A stretch of DNA of 44,271 bases from Desulfurococcales archaeon (GCA_032249275.1 JAVVGG010000001.1:1-44271); one strand, 5' to 3'. Shown: positions 8,914-18,708, counted from the first letter of the stretch. The notes: a model not told the origin generated them from the letters alone. Translations and numbers: made by a program.

Positions 8914-10752
8914 CTATATTTCCCTTAAATATGGGAGGGAGGGTCTCTTACTAACTAGCTCAGGCATTGTGAGCTCTACCTTTGGATAGCCTTTTGAGAG
9001 TTCTTCTAATAAGTTTATAAAGGATTCCACAGTATACGTCCTTTGATCCCCTGATGGTCTTTCCCTAACAGTTATAGTTCTTGTCTTGACCTCTCTATCC
9101 CCTATTATTACTACGAAATATACCCACTCTATTCCTGCATCCCTAAGCTTCTTAGCTAGGCTCTCATCTCTATCGTCTATATCGACTCTAAAGCCTTTCT
9201 CCGATATCGACTTATAGACCTCAAGTGCGTATCCCATGTGCTCCTGCTTTATCGGTATGATTCTCACCTGGATAGGCGATGCCCAGAAGGGTAGGTAAGG
9301 AGTTCTGCCGCTTTCCTCGATCCTTGCTGCTGTGTCAAAGAGCATGTATATATATCTCTCAACACTCCCAATAATAGCTGTATGTATTATTATGGGTCTC
9401 TTCTGAGCACCGCTTGGGTCTACATATGATATACCGAATCTCTCTGCATTACCAATATCTATTTGGAAGGTAGCTATCTCCCTGGGTCTCTGGGTAACAT
9501 CGATAATATTGTACTCAACATTAATTACCCAGTAGTAGATATTATCTGGGTAAACCACTATTAGGGCTGGTTTTCCGTCTCTTTTAACTAGCTCTGTTAG
9601 ATAATCCATAGATCTTTTCATAAAGCCCTTAGTAACATTTATAATAGCTACATAGTCTCTCCCCACCTTCTTAGCCTCCTCAAAGATCTTATCCCTTATC
9701 TTTAGGGTTAGCCTTATTGCCTCCTCAAGATCCCTGCATAATATATGCATATCGGGCATGTGAAATCTTCTAAGCCTGAATCCTAGGAGTAGCTCGCCCC
9801 TCTGCTCATATCTATAGCTATCTGCAACCTCAAACATCCCTATAGGAAGATCTCTATAGCTTAAAATCCAATCTTTTAGCATTGCAAATTGCTGATGACA
9901 TGCAGCATATCTCATAACAAGCTTCGAACCCTCACTATCAACCTCATACAATCTATCGCCGAAGAGATCTGCATGCTCCTTAACAGCCCTTACAGAGAGA
10001 TCAAACATATTTGTTCCCTTAACTCTGAAGACGGGTATTCCCAGACTTTTTACTACCGAGTATGAATATTGGGAAACACTGTCGAGTATTGCAGTAGCGT
10101 GTGGACTATATCTCATATGGCCTGGATCTGAGAATTCTTCCCACTCAAAACCAAACTTCCTCATATACTCAGATACACGCGATCTCCCGCCCTCCCCCTC
10201 TTTTTTAAATACTTCTCTCTCCACGAGAATCCTTAGATCGGGGTATTTGCTGTAGTCAAACTCCTCAGGCCTATAGAGCCTCCCATCTAGATCCAATATA
10301 TAGTAGGACTTTTCAACAGCCCTTTTAACCCTCACACCAGGCTTTATAGTTCTTGAAAGCTCGCTTAGTGGATGACCATAGCACTTTAACATAAACTCTT
10401 TATACCAACCAAAGGGGGCTCTAGATACCTTTACCTCTTTCTCCTTCAAAACCCTCTCCAGATCTACAAGTATTTGAAGGGCCATCTCAGGAGGCGCTAG
10501 ATCTTGTGATAGATGCGCATAGGGATATAGTAGCACGCTTTCCGCGTTGACCTTCCTCATAATATCTATGATCTCTTCAGATGCTCTCTCAACGATACCT
10601 CCATCCAGCTCATCCCCTCTCTCTATTGTAGTAAACACTACCAGCACGTTCTTCTCAAAACCCTCCTTTTTCATGGTATCTTCCGGCTTCTCAATAGCTG
10701 GTTCACGAACTTTATAGCTAAACTCCTCCGCATGGATTAACAATATCCTCAT
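8914..10752 (-). CDS. thrS: Threonyl-tRNA synthetase, full-length archaeal type with N-terminal editing domain
   Basis: MRILLIHA, YPYAHLS and APFGWYKEF editing domain; RYAACHQQF, SYRYEQRGE, RRFHMPDMH and IHTAIIGSVER; anticodon-binding C-terminus. Confidence 0.96.
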   Translation of the reverse strand: MRILLIHAEEFSYKVREPAIEKPEDTMKKEGFEKNVLVVFTTIERGDELDGGIVERASEEIIDIMRKVNAESVLLYPYAHLSQDLAPPEMALQILVDLERVLKEKEVKVSRAPFGWYKEFMLKCYGHPLSELSRTIKPGVRVKRAVEKSYYILDLDGRLYRPEEFDYSKYPDLRILVEREVFKKEGEGGRSRVSEYMRKFGFEWEEFSDPGHMRYSPHATAILDSVSQYSYSVVKSLGIPVFRVKGTNMFDLSVRAVKEHADLFGDRLYEVDSEGSKLVMRYAACHQQFAMLKDWILSYRDLPIGMFEVADSYRYEQRGELLLGFRLRRFHMPDMHILCRDLEEAIRLTLKIRDKIFEEAKKVGRDYVAIINVTKGFMKRSMDYLTELVKRDGKPALIVVYPDNIYYWVINVEYNIIDVTQRPREIATFQIDIGNAERFGISYVDPSGAQKRPIIIHTAIIGSVERYIYMLFDTAARIEESGRTPYLPFWASPIQVRIIPIKQEHMGYALEVYKSISEKGFRVDIDDRDESLAKKLRDAGIEWVYFVVIIGDREVKTRTITVRERPSGDQRTYTVESFINLLEELSKGYPKVELTMPELVSKRPSLPYLREI

Positions 10753-11131
10753 AGGTGTACACCCAGCTTATGTTTCCCACATCTGTATAGTCGAATATAG
10801 ATCTGTAGAAGTAGGATCTCCACATAGATACATTACCCTTCTAAATATCACGATAGTCCCTTTGGAAGCCGTAATATCCATTACATATCACTCACTACCT
10901 AATAGCATTCTAGAGCTAATAAAATAAGAGATTTCATAGATCTTTTAATAGATATCATCCCCGCTGAACCCCCATAAACTCCTGCCCTGGATCCTCTATT
11001 ACATTTATTTGCCTTTTAAAATTAGAATTGCTACAAGTCTCTTCCTTGGACAGAAAAGGAGCTTAGCTGTGGAGAGTCTGTTCATGCTGGGTCTACAATT
11101 AAGCTGGATCGATTTTATCTAGGATCTAATC

Positions 11132-12310
11132 CTATCTCACTATAGCAAGATCTTCTACAGTCTCTGTCTCAAGGGAGACAGGAAGGGGTCTAGGATCTGG
11201 AAGGATTCTTATAAGAGCATCCCCTCTACCCATCACAACCATGAGTTCCTCTATAGTTTCCCTATCGATTTTCAGGAATTTAGAGGCATCACTCCAGAAT
11301 CTTTTGCTTGGATTGCTAAGTGCTATTAAGAGACCCGAGTTCTCTAGAATCCTATCCCAATCATCCCCAAAATCCCTGAAGCTCTGTGTGGCTAGAAGAA
11401 CAGATAACCCATATCCCCTGGATAGCTTTACCAAGTTTAATAGCCTAGTTGAGCTCCTCCCCTTTCTAGTGAGGATCCACGCCTCATCTATCACTATAGC
11501 TCCCCCAACATATCTAGGATCTACATGCCTGGATGACATATAGTTAAGCATATCCTGAAAAACTATGTTCATCGCGTAGCTCAGCGTTTCCTCTTTTTCT
11601 TTAGAGATTTTCGAGAGTGATATAATATTTATCTCTCCTTCTACAATCTCATAGTGTCCGATCTGCTGTTTTCCACCATCTAGATAGGAGATCTCATCAA
11701 TGATCCTTGATATCATTATCCTCACATGCTCATCCTCCTGAGAAAGTTCAGAGAGTATGTTCTGCCACGTTGGAGTTGGTGTTTTTTCATATGCTCTCTT
11801 GATCGCTTTATATATTGCTGCCTGCATCTTTATATCATTAACATCGAAGGAGCTAACTATAGCTTCAAAAACCTGCCCTGCTCTAGCGCTGGGATCAATA
11901 TAGAAGGGATAAAGGGATCCCAGAGGGGTTCTAGGGACATCTATGGATCTAAACAAATATCCCCTCTTCAATAGCCTAGCTTCTATATCCCCCTTCACAT
12001 CTATAGCTAAAATGGTTGTCGAGAGAAGGGAGTGCATCTTTGTCGCGATACTTATTAAGGTCTCTGTCTTGCCGGAACCTGTTGGCCCTACAACTATTAT
12101 GTGAGGACTCATAGAGCTGTTTGGGTTCCAAAAGACATTCCTTCCACTGTTTATTATCCTGCCTATCAGGATCCCGCTTTTATGGATACCCCTTGAGTGG
12201 AGGGATGTCCTTAGAAAAGGGGAGAAATATATAGAGTGGATAGATGATGCTATGAATGGCCTGCTAATCATCTTACTGAGGATCTTTAAAAGAAGTCCTC
12301 TAGGCTCTGC
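11132..12310 (-). CDS. VirB4/HerA-FtsK-like P-loop ATPase, catalytic half (first ATG 12271; frame open upstream to 12331)
   Basis: GILIGR..SGRNVFWNP...PHIIVVGPTGSGKT (Walker A), IDVKGD, VIDEAW (Walker B) and RGYGLSVLLATQ. Confidence 0.9.
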   Translation of the reverse strand, partial: AEPRGLLLKILSKMISRPFIASSIHSIYFSPFLRTSLHSRGIHKSGILIGRIINSGRNVFWNPNSSMSPHIIVVGPTGSGKTETLISIATKMHSLLSTTILAIDVKGDIEARLLKRGYLFRSIDVPRTPLGSLYPFYIDPSARAGQVFEAIVSSFDVNDIKMQAAIYKAIKRAYEKTPTPTWQNILSELSQEDEHVRIMISRIIDEISYLDGGKQQIGHYEIVEGEINIISLSKISKEKEETLSYAMNIVFQDMLNYMSSRHVDPRYVGGAIVIDEAWILTRKGRSSTRLLNLVKLSRGYGLSVLLATQSFRDFGDDWDRILENSGLLIALSNPSKRFWSDASKFLKIDRETIEELMVVMGRGDALIRILPDPRPLPVSLETETVEDLAIVR

Positions 12311-12890
12311 GAAAAAACTCGTTAATAGCAGCTATAACCCCCACGCCTTTGAGATCCTCTGCATATATGCCTAGACCTCTAAGCTCTTCCCTTAATATTT
12401 CTATTTTGCGGGATAGCTTTTCAATTGCCTCTTCCTCTGTAGATCCTACGGCTGTTACGCCGAAGATCATGTTGATCGAGAATGGCATTTCTCCATTCAA
12501 TATCCTCTTCTTTATCCTCTTTAACCTCTCAATCTCTGTTCTTAGCTTCTCATTTGACGGATCAGATTCTAATATGATCTGCTTCACCTGTATAGTCTTT
12601 TCTATCTTAGCTATTATTTCATCAGATCTCGTGGGGAGCACTATAACTCTTAGATCTATTGGGGCGTTCTCTGCAAGTGTTCTCACATATGAATTCAGTA
12701 TCTTTCTTAGATCCCTTTCACTGAGATCCTCCGGCATGTCAACAAACTCCCTAACAATTAGAAAGCCTTTTGCAATACACCCCTTATCCCAACAGCTAAC
12801 GATTCTTCCTTTAACTAGCCTTAGATCTGGCGAACCATATAGGATCTTCGTCACATCATCCTTTATCCCTAAGATCTTCTTGATATTCAT
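12300..12890 (-). CDS. N-terminal half of the VirB4-like ATPase, probably joined to the downstream ORF by a +1 frameshift
   Basis: A coiled coil followed by GEMPFSINMIFGVTAVGSTEEEAIEKL...LREELRGLGI, resembling the segment preceding the P-loop domain of VirB4-type ATPases. Ends GAG TTT TTT CGC AGA GCC TAG. Confidence 0.7.
   Translation of the reverse strand: MNIKKILGIKDDVTKILYGSPDLRLVKGRIVSCWDKGCIAKGFLIVREFVDMPEDLSERDLRKILNSYVRTLAENAPIDLRVIVLPTRSDEIIAKIEKTIQVKQIILESDPSNEKLRTEIERLKRIKKRILNGEMPFSINMIFGVTAVGSTEEEAIEKLSRKIEILREELRGLGIYAEDLKGVGVIAAINEFFRRA
12309..12317 (-). other. Putative +1 programmed ribosomal frameshift site UUU-UUU-CGC
   Basis: Lies inside the only overlap (12300-12331) between the two ATPase frames. 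Re-pairing UUU to UUC places the ribosome in the ATPase frame. Confidence 0.6.
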
Positions 12891-15261
12891 TATATATCCT
12901 CTCCAAAACGTTATAGAGCTTATATGATGTTACATATGCTCGTCTAACAAGCTCTTCTATAGATGGAGGACTGATCAGGTATTCCCTATATGCAGCACCA
13001 TCATATATGTATAGGCGGAGAGATACGTCTACATTACATCTGTCGAGATCAATTCGATTTATTCCAGGCCTTAGATAGCCGTACCTATATAATCCTCCCA
13101 TAATACTTGTGACAATATAGCTAGCATCTTTAGCAGCCTTAAGGAAGAGGGTGCATCCCCTCCCATAAAATATATCGAAATCCCATATAGGGGATCTATC
13201 TTCATAGGATATCTCATCTACATACTTGTAGAAACCCCCCTCAGAACATCTTACCCTATCTAGTGTGCCTCGACCAGCATATCTATTTAAGCACCCCTCT
13301 AGCTCCTTAAGAGTGACATCTGTTAAGAAGCGCCATATAAAGCCTCCAGTCTCGGCAACAATTGATATCTTGGCAGGTATTTCGCATCCAGAGATATTTA
13401 GAACTATTTCGTCTTCTCCCTCCACGCTCTTTTCAAAGACCGTGTTTAGGCAGGAAAGTCTCAGCGTGACCCTCTCTACATTGAGACCCCCGATCGTGTC
13501 TATTTTCAAGTGTAATTCGCTATATCCTTCTCTATGTATAATTTCTAGCTTCGGCGTTATATCTATAGATCTACCCCTTATAAACGATCTATAGAATGCC
13601 TCTCCTTCTAATCCCCTAAAACCTGCTATCTCGAGCTCTGCCTCTTCAGCGCCTCTATCTACGCATATATCTAACTCGATGGGCGCTGTATTTCCTCTAT
13701 ATCTGAATTTTTTCTTACCAATAACCCTCTCTCCCACTTTTACCCTTGCAACATATTCATAGAGGTCATGAAACCCCTCTTTTCCCTTCACATTAATTAT
13801 AGCCTTTATATATCCAGGGGTATTGCACCCAGTATAAATTCCGCTTAATGCTGTGATCATCTCAGCCCTTACTACCTCGATCTCTGGCAGAGGTATGTTT
13901 AGCCTGGCATCTAATACCTGATCTTCTAATAGATCTTTAAGCGCTATTCTAACCTCTACACTATTTACAAGCATCTTCGGCATTATTTTAGCAATATAGA
14001 GGTCTCCATTCCTAGCGTAATTTTGAACATCTATAGGCCCTCTCAGGCTCACATCCAGAAAAGCTTTAGAACCTCTCACATATATCCCGGGCTCCTGCTC
14101 AAGCTCATCTATAAAGATCTCATCTTCTTTGTCGGGATCTACAACACCTATGAAGTAGCCTGCTATACAGAGAAGCTTATCTTGAAAGCCCCAACACGTT
14201 ATATCTTCTCTCTTCTTCAGCTCTTTCAGAACCTTTCCATCTATCGATGTGATCAGGATCCTGCCGCCTGTATTAATAACGATTCCTTTATAACCTGCTG
14301 AAACAGCTTTCACCGTGTGTTCCCGTATCTCGGGTCTAATTAAAATAGAATCCTTTATAGCTAGAATATTGCCTGATGCCAGTACTATATGAGAATCTCT
14401 GGTAAAACCTATATATGTAGGTTTCTCTGGCAGTCTCGCTATAGGTTTAAAGCTCTTTAGATCACTCTCTATAAGCCACCCGCTTTTCTCATCATATAGG
14501 AGAAGCTCCCTCCTCTCAGGTATCCATGCAACTGCCTTTGAGCTTAAAGGTGTCTCTAAATAGAGACCCTTGCCAATATATATAGAGCCCTTCCCACTAA
14601 CCTCTATGCTTGCGACTCGATGCCCCATACTACATAGGCTGGGGGATCCCTTGATATCATAGAAGGAGTAGCCTCCAAAGTCTGCTCCAAAGTAGATTCT
14701 AGTATATCCATCAGATTCATAAGCTATTAGAGAGTGTCCCTCCGCTCTTTTTAAGCAGTAAGAGCTGATATTATAGGTATATCCCTGATCAATTGCCGCC
14801 ACTCTCTTCCTAAACCCTTTCAATGACATGAGAAGCACTATTCTGTCTGTGAACGGCGCATAGCCTATAATAGATCCCACATCTATATCTCTTACGCTAA
14901 GCCTCTCCCCTAACACCTCGATCAGATGCCCCCTTTTCTTAGAAGAAGCTATAAAGGTATTCTCGCTGAGCGGAGCGATCTTGGACTTGTTTTCCAAGTT
15001 ATAGCATGTTGAATCTATACAGAGCTTGGGAATATCTGATACGACGTAAAAGATCCAAGGCTTTGTTGAGCTAGCCTTGATCCCTATCGAGGGTCTCATT
15101 ATGATATCTATATTGCCTTGCACCTCTTCGAACACTACCTCAGGGTTGATCTTAGAGGGTTTCAGTGTAAGACCATAGCTAGCTAGAAGATGCGGTATTT
15201 CTATTCTCCTCACCTCTTCCACCTTATAGCTCTTTCTGATCCTCTGGATCAAATTTACCAC
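12856..15261 (-). CDS. Large beta-rich hypothetical protein of the pilus operon (possibly UpsX-like)
   Basis: 801 aa with no evident signal peptide or TM helix, repeated short beta-strand patterns and many Cys. Overlaps both neighbours. Confidence 0.75.
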   Translation of the reverse strand: MVNLIQRIRKSYKVEEVRRIEIPHLLASYGLTLKPSKINPEVVFEEVQGNIDIIMRPSIGIKASSTKPWIFYVVSDIPKLCIDSTCYNLENKSKIAPLSENTFIASSKKRGHLIEVLGERLSVRDIDVGSIIGYAPFTDRIVLLMSLKGFRKRVAAIDQGYTYNISSYCLKRAEGHSLIAYESDGYTRIYFGADFGGYSFYDIKGSPSLCSMGHRVASIEVSGKGSIYIGKGLYLETPLSSKAVAWIPERRELLLYDEKSGWLIESDLKSFKPIARLPEKPTYIGFTRDSHIVLASGNILAIKDSILIRPEIREHTVKAVSAGYKGIVINTGGRILITSIDGKVLKELKKREDITCWGFQDKLLCIAGYFIGVVDPDKEDEIFIDELEQEPGIYVRGSKAFLDVSLRGPIDVQNYARNGDLYIAKIMPKMLVNSVEVRIALKDLLEDQVLDARLNIPLPEIEVVRAEMITALSGIYTGCNTPGYIKAIINVKGKEGFHDLYEYVARVKVGERVIGKKKFRYRGNTAPIELDICVDRGAEEAELEIAGFRGLEGEAFYRSFIRGRSIDITPKLEIIHREGYSELHLKIDTIGGLNVERVTLRLSCLNTVFEKSVEGEDEIVLNISGCEIPAKISIVAETGGFIWRFLTDVTLKELEGCLNRYAGRGTLDRVRCSEGGFYKYVDEISYEDRSPIWDFDIFYGRGCTLFLKAAKDASYIVTSIMGGLYRYGYLRPGINRIDLDRCNVDVSLRLYIYDGAAYREYLISPPSIEELVRRAYVTSYKLYNVLERIYNEYQEDLRDKG

Positions 15262-16709
15262 CTCAGAGGCATAAGCAATAAGAGAAGAATCATCGATATC
15301 CCAGGAACAAGAGTATTATAGACCTCGCCGAAGAACACCTTAGAGGATATAAGGGACGCTGCAAGCACAGAGACTGCTGATAATAGGAACATATATAGCT
15401 CCCCAACATGCATCATAGAAACAACCTGGGAGAGGAATATTGGCTGTAGAAGCGAGGATGCTAGAGGGATCGAAGATGAGAAGAGCTTGTTAACACTTTT
15501 CGAAAGTATATCTCCTATCTCATCAGAAAACCTATTAAACACATATGGATCTATTTCACCTTTCTCCATTAGAAATCTAACCGAAAGCGCTATATAGCTT
15601 AGTATCCATGGAAATGATAGCTTTATATCCCTAAGATATCTATCCATATCAAAGCCTGCTAAAGTTCTATATACCCTTACATAGCTTCCAGCTGCTTCTA
15701 AGAGTCTCTTGATCAGCCCTATATTTTTAATATAAGAGATAAATATTATTATAGAGACAAGGCCTAGAACTATTAATAATAAAGAAAAATAGATTATAAT
15801 AGATCCTCCTAGTAATAGCTGAGTTGGTGATAAGAGCTTTATATATATAATTACATAGAGACCTATAAGGGTTGAGAGAGATAATGCTTTAAGCACCATA
15901 TAGAGTCTCGACGATAACACTGAGATCTGCCTAAATGGATATGGCGTTGCTGGTATAGCTATGATTATAAGGGGCGTCGCTATAGTAATCATAATAGCTG
16001 TTGAGATCGCTATATAGCTACCAACTACAGAAGAAATACCTAGAATCAGCATCGGCGCCGTCGTCATAATCATTACGGCTAGCAGACCTCCCTGAGCAGA
16101 AAGATCTATTATACGAGAGATCTGCCTTGAAGACTCTTTGATCATCTCCGCCCCCATAGATCTTAGACTCTCAACCCCCACGCCCTGGGCTATGCCAGCG
16201 ATATAGCTACGAAATATCCTTTTAACAGCTCTCGGCATGCCTGCGATACTTTCTAAAGCATCGTATATGCTTATATATTTAGATATGTTGATCAACCTCT
16301 TTGATACGCTTGAGAAGTATTTAAAAACCCGTCCTTCATTATCATTAGCGGCTATAAATGTTAGAACCTCTATTAATTCAGTTCCTGTTTTAGCTGTGAC
16401 TGATGCCATAAACACTAGATATGGGAGCTCCTCAGTGAGTCCTTTCCTTCTTTCAAGCGATTTCGAGATCCTCTCTACTATCCTATAGCTAGATAGTAGG
16501 GTTCCACCCATAGCTATCAAAAGGGCTAGTTCAAATCTATAGTGTATGTTTATAAGAGTTAAAGCTAAGACTGATGCTACTATAGAAGCTAGAGATCCTA
16601 TTAGAGCTACTCTATTCTCAGCTTTAAGCAATATATAGTCTCTATAGCTAGAAATCGAGAGTGAGATAAAATCAATATATTTTCTTTTGATATCAGCTAG
16701 AAGCCCCAC
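15255..16709 (-). CDS. Type IV pilus membrane platform protein (TadC/UpsF/ArlJ-like)
   Basis: Polytopic, with a cytoplasmic EELPYLVFMASVTAKTG segment typical of TadC/GspF domains. Directly follows the secretion ATPase. Confidence 0.8.
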   Translation of the reverse strand: MGLLADIKRKYIDFISLSISSYRDYILLKAENRVALIGSLASIVASVLALTLINIHYRFELALLIAMGGTLLSSYRIVERISKSLERRKGLTEELPYLVFMASVTAKTGTELIEVLTFIAANDNEGRVFKYFSSVSKRLINISKYISIYDALESIAGMPRAVKRIFRSYIAGIAQGVGVESLRSMGAEMIKESSRQISRIIDLSAQGGLLAVMIMTTAPMLILGISSVVGSYIAISTAIMITIATPLIIIAIPATPYPFRQISVLSSRLYMVLKALSLSTLIGLYVIIYIKLLSPTQLLLGGSIIIYFSLLLIVLGLVSIIIFISYIKNIGLIKRLLEAAGSYVRVYRTLAGFDMDRYLRDIKLSFPWILSYIALSVRFLMEKGEIDPYVFNRFSDEIGDILSKSVNKLFSSSIPLASSLLQPIFLSQVVSMMHVGELYMFLLSAVSVLAASLISSKVFFGEVYNTLVPGISMILLLLLMPLRW

Positions 16710-18198
16710 TACTGCTCCCCCTTTCAGCTATAGCTGTTATTACCTTCTCCTTCACATAGGAAGGCAGTCTAGAGCTGTTTAATATAAGCTCTTCAGCACT
16801 TGGCTCTCTTGTTTTAAATGAGTAGAGAGAGTAAAGATTTCTAATTTTTATATCATCCCCCATGGGAATTATCTCATCTACACTACATACACACCTAGAT
16901 ATTCTACGCGTTTCTCGACACTCGGTGCTCATTACAACTATGGTCCATATACTGCTGATCTGATGCTTAGATAGACTTATTGGTGGGGACATAAGCCTTG
17001 TAACCACTTCTTCCGAGGATCCCCCATGGAAAGTTGTTATAGCACCCATACCCATATTAAGGGCCTGTGATAGAACTTGCGCTTCTGCCCCTCTCGTCTC
17101 ACCTATAACAAGGATCTTGTTAGCTGATGACCTCAGCGCTGCCTTTGCGAGGAGGAATTGATCTATATGAAGAGATCCTAGATCATAGGTTGCATACCTT
17201 ATCCAAGGGCTATTCTCTGGTATATCTATCTCAGGAGTATCTTCTATAACAATAACCTTCCATGTAGGGGGTACAAAGCTATAGAGCATCGCCTTTAAAA
17301 GCGTGGTTTTACCGCTAGAAGGAGGCCCTGCAATCACAATAGAGCCCCTGCCCCATATCACAAGCCTTAGATATTCTGCTACAGCCCTTGGAATAGATCC
17401 CCTTTCAACTAGCCATTCAATGGTTATTTTCTCCTTCAGTTTTTTCCTTATAGATATCTCTGGCCTTTCACCCGCAACTATGATGTCTACCATGTGAACC
17501 CTGTGCCCACCATCAGAGCTTGGAAGCTGTGTATCTATTATAGGGTTAGATCTAGAAAGATACACACCACATCTAGCAGAGATATATCTCTGTAGTGAGA
17601 GCACCTCATCTTTGTTAAGCACTATATTTGTCCTAATCATATCCACGCTAGGGTTCATCTCAATAATGCTTCTGTGCCTAATCCAAACAGGGCCTGGACC
17701 GCCTATGCTTATATCCTCTACATATGGATCGTCTAGGAGAACCTGTATTTTGCCGTATCTAAGTCTCTCCTTAACCAAGTAGATAGAGAGATCCGCATAA
17801 TTATGCGGAATATTATAGATTCTTTTAAGAACCTCCGCTATATAGTAATCATCTAGATCCCGATCTTCTGGAACATATTTTAACAACTCTCTAGAAGCCT
17901 TATCTATAATAGTTAACAACTCTCTAGAAGGTTTTGGAACCAGCTCTGAAAGATATATATACTCTCCATCTAAGCTCATAATAGAGATTTTATAGGGTCC
18001 CACACCATATTCAAGTAGGATCTCTCCAAGCATCTCTGAACCTCCACTATCCTGGTTTATGGTATTTATGCTATCTTCACCTATTCTACTAGCTATTTCA
18101 ATGGATCTCTTGTTTCTTATAAGTCTTCTTTTTAAAATAGATTCAAGTTTTTGGGGATGAGAAAAAAATATTTTTTGATGTAGCCTGTGCAAAAGCAT
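16693..18198 (-). CDS. Type IV pilus assembly ATPase (TadA/VirB11/UpsE-like); start uncertain
   Basis: YGKIQVLLDDPYVEDISIGG, ISIRK, GPPSSGKTT, IEDTPEI (Asp box), LVIGETRGAEA and ITTFHGGS (His box). Confidence 0.93.
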   Translation of the reverse strand: MLLHRLHQKIFFSHPQKLESILKRRLIRNKRSIEIASRIGEDSINTINQDSGGSEMLGEILLEYGVGPYKISIMSLDGEYIYLSELVPKPSRELLTIIDKASRELLKYVPEDRDLDDYYIAEVLKRIYNIPHNYADLSIYLVKERLRYGKIQVLLDDPYVEDISIGGPGPVWIRHRSIIEMNPSVDMIRTNIVLNKDEVLSLQRYISARCGVYLSRSNPIIDTQLPSSDGGHRVHMVDIIVAGERPEISIRKKLKEKITIEWLVERGSIPRAVAEYLRLVIWGRGSIVIAGPPSSGKTTLLKAMLYSFVPPTWKVIVIEDTPEIDIPENSPWIRYATYDLGSLHIDQFLLAKAALRSSANKILVIGETRGAEAQVLSQALNMGMGAITTFHGGSSEEVVTRLMSPPISLSKHQISSIWTIVVMSTECRETRRISRCVCSVDEIIPMGDDIKIRNLYSLYSFKTREPSAEELILNSSRLPSYVKEKVITAIAERGSSSGASS

Positions 18199-18200
18199 TA

Positions 18201-18653
18201 TTAAATCCCCGTTGCCTTTATCATCTTCTGAGTATTCGTAGCAAGTGATCTTACAGTTACAACCGCACCATTAACATTTGAAGCTCCGCTGATACTTATC
18301 ATAAGAGTTTTGCTTGACTTGGGATCTATAGTTATTGGAAGACTTCCTGATAGGGTTGAATTAAAATTCTGTAACATAACAGACCCATTGCTTGTTGTAT
18401 ACACGACTGATACGCCTTCAACATTTATAGGATCGTTACCATTGTTAGTAACGGTGATACTCACTAATATTGTATTCGTATTGATAGGCTTAGCGTTGTA
18501 GGTAACTGCAATAGATTCCAACTCAGGCATTTTGGCTATCTGTCCTGTTAACCATGCCTGGAGGATAAACATTACTGGAATCGCTATTGCAACAGCTATC
18601 ATAATCACTACTAATTCGCTTAAACCTTTTACATGTCTTTTTCCACCACTCAT
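18201..18653 (-). CDS. Archaeal type IV pilin (class III signal peptide)
   Basis: MSGGKRHVKG|LSELVVIMIAVAIAIPVMFIL: a basic leader, a PibD-type KG|LS site and a hydrophobic helix, followed by a beta-rich domain with N-x-S/T sequons. Alternative ATGs at 18665 and 18659. Confidence 0.88.
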   Translation of the reverse strand: MSGGKRHVKGLSELVVIMIAVAIAIPVMFILQAWLTGQIAKMPELESIAVTYNAKPINTNTILVSITVTNNGNDPINVEGVSVVYTTSNGSVMLQNFNSTLSGSLPITIDPKSSKTLMISISGASNVNGAVVTVRSLATNTQKMIKATGI

Positions 18654-18677
18654 GCACATCCCCATAGAAATGCTCTG

Positions 18678-18708
18678 TATTTAAAAACCCTCAGGGATCA
18701 GCGAAAGT
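18678..18708 (-). promoter_or_regulatory. Pilus-operon promoter: TATA box plus putative ANTTTC DNA-damage-response element
   Basis: Minus-strand ACTTTC (18708-18703), a 15-nt gap, then TTTTTAAATA (18687-18678) about 25 nt upstream of ATG 18653. Confidence 0.5.

Noticed and set aside
12349-12927. 192-aa plus-strand ORF and similar Ser/Ile/Leu-rich antisense ORFs across the window
   Set aside because: They lie antisense to well-supported genes and have typical shadow-ORF composition.
11132-18665. Integrated conjugative plasmid or archaellum locus
   Set aside because: No integrase, att/tRNA site or replication genes, and no arlH/arlF/arlG in the operon; composition looks like the rest of the chromosome.
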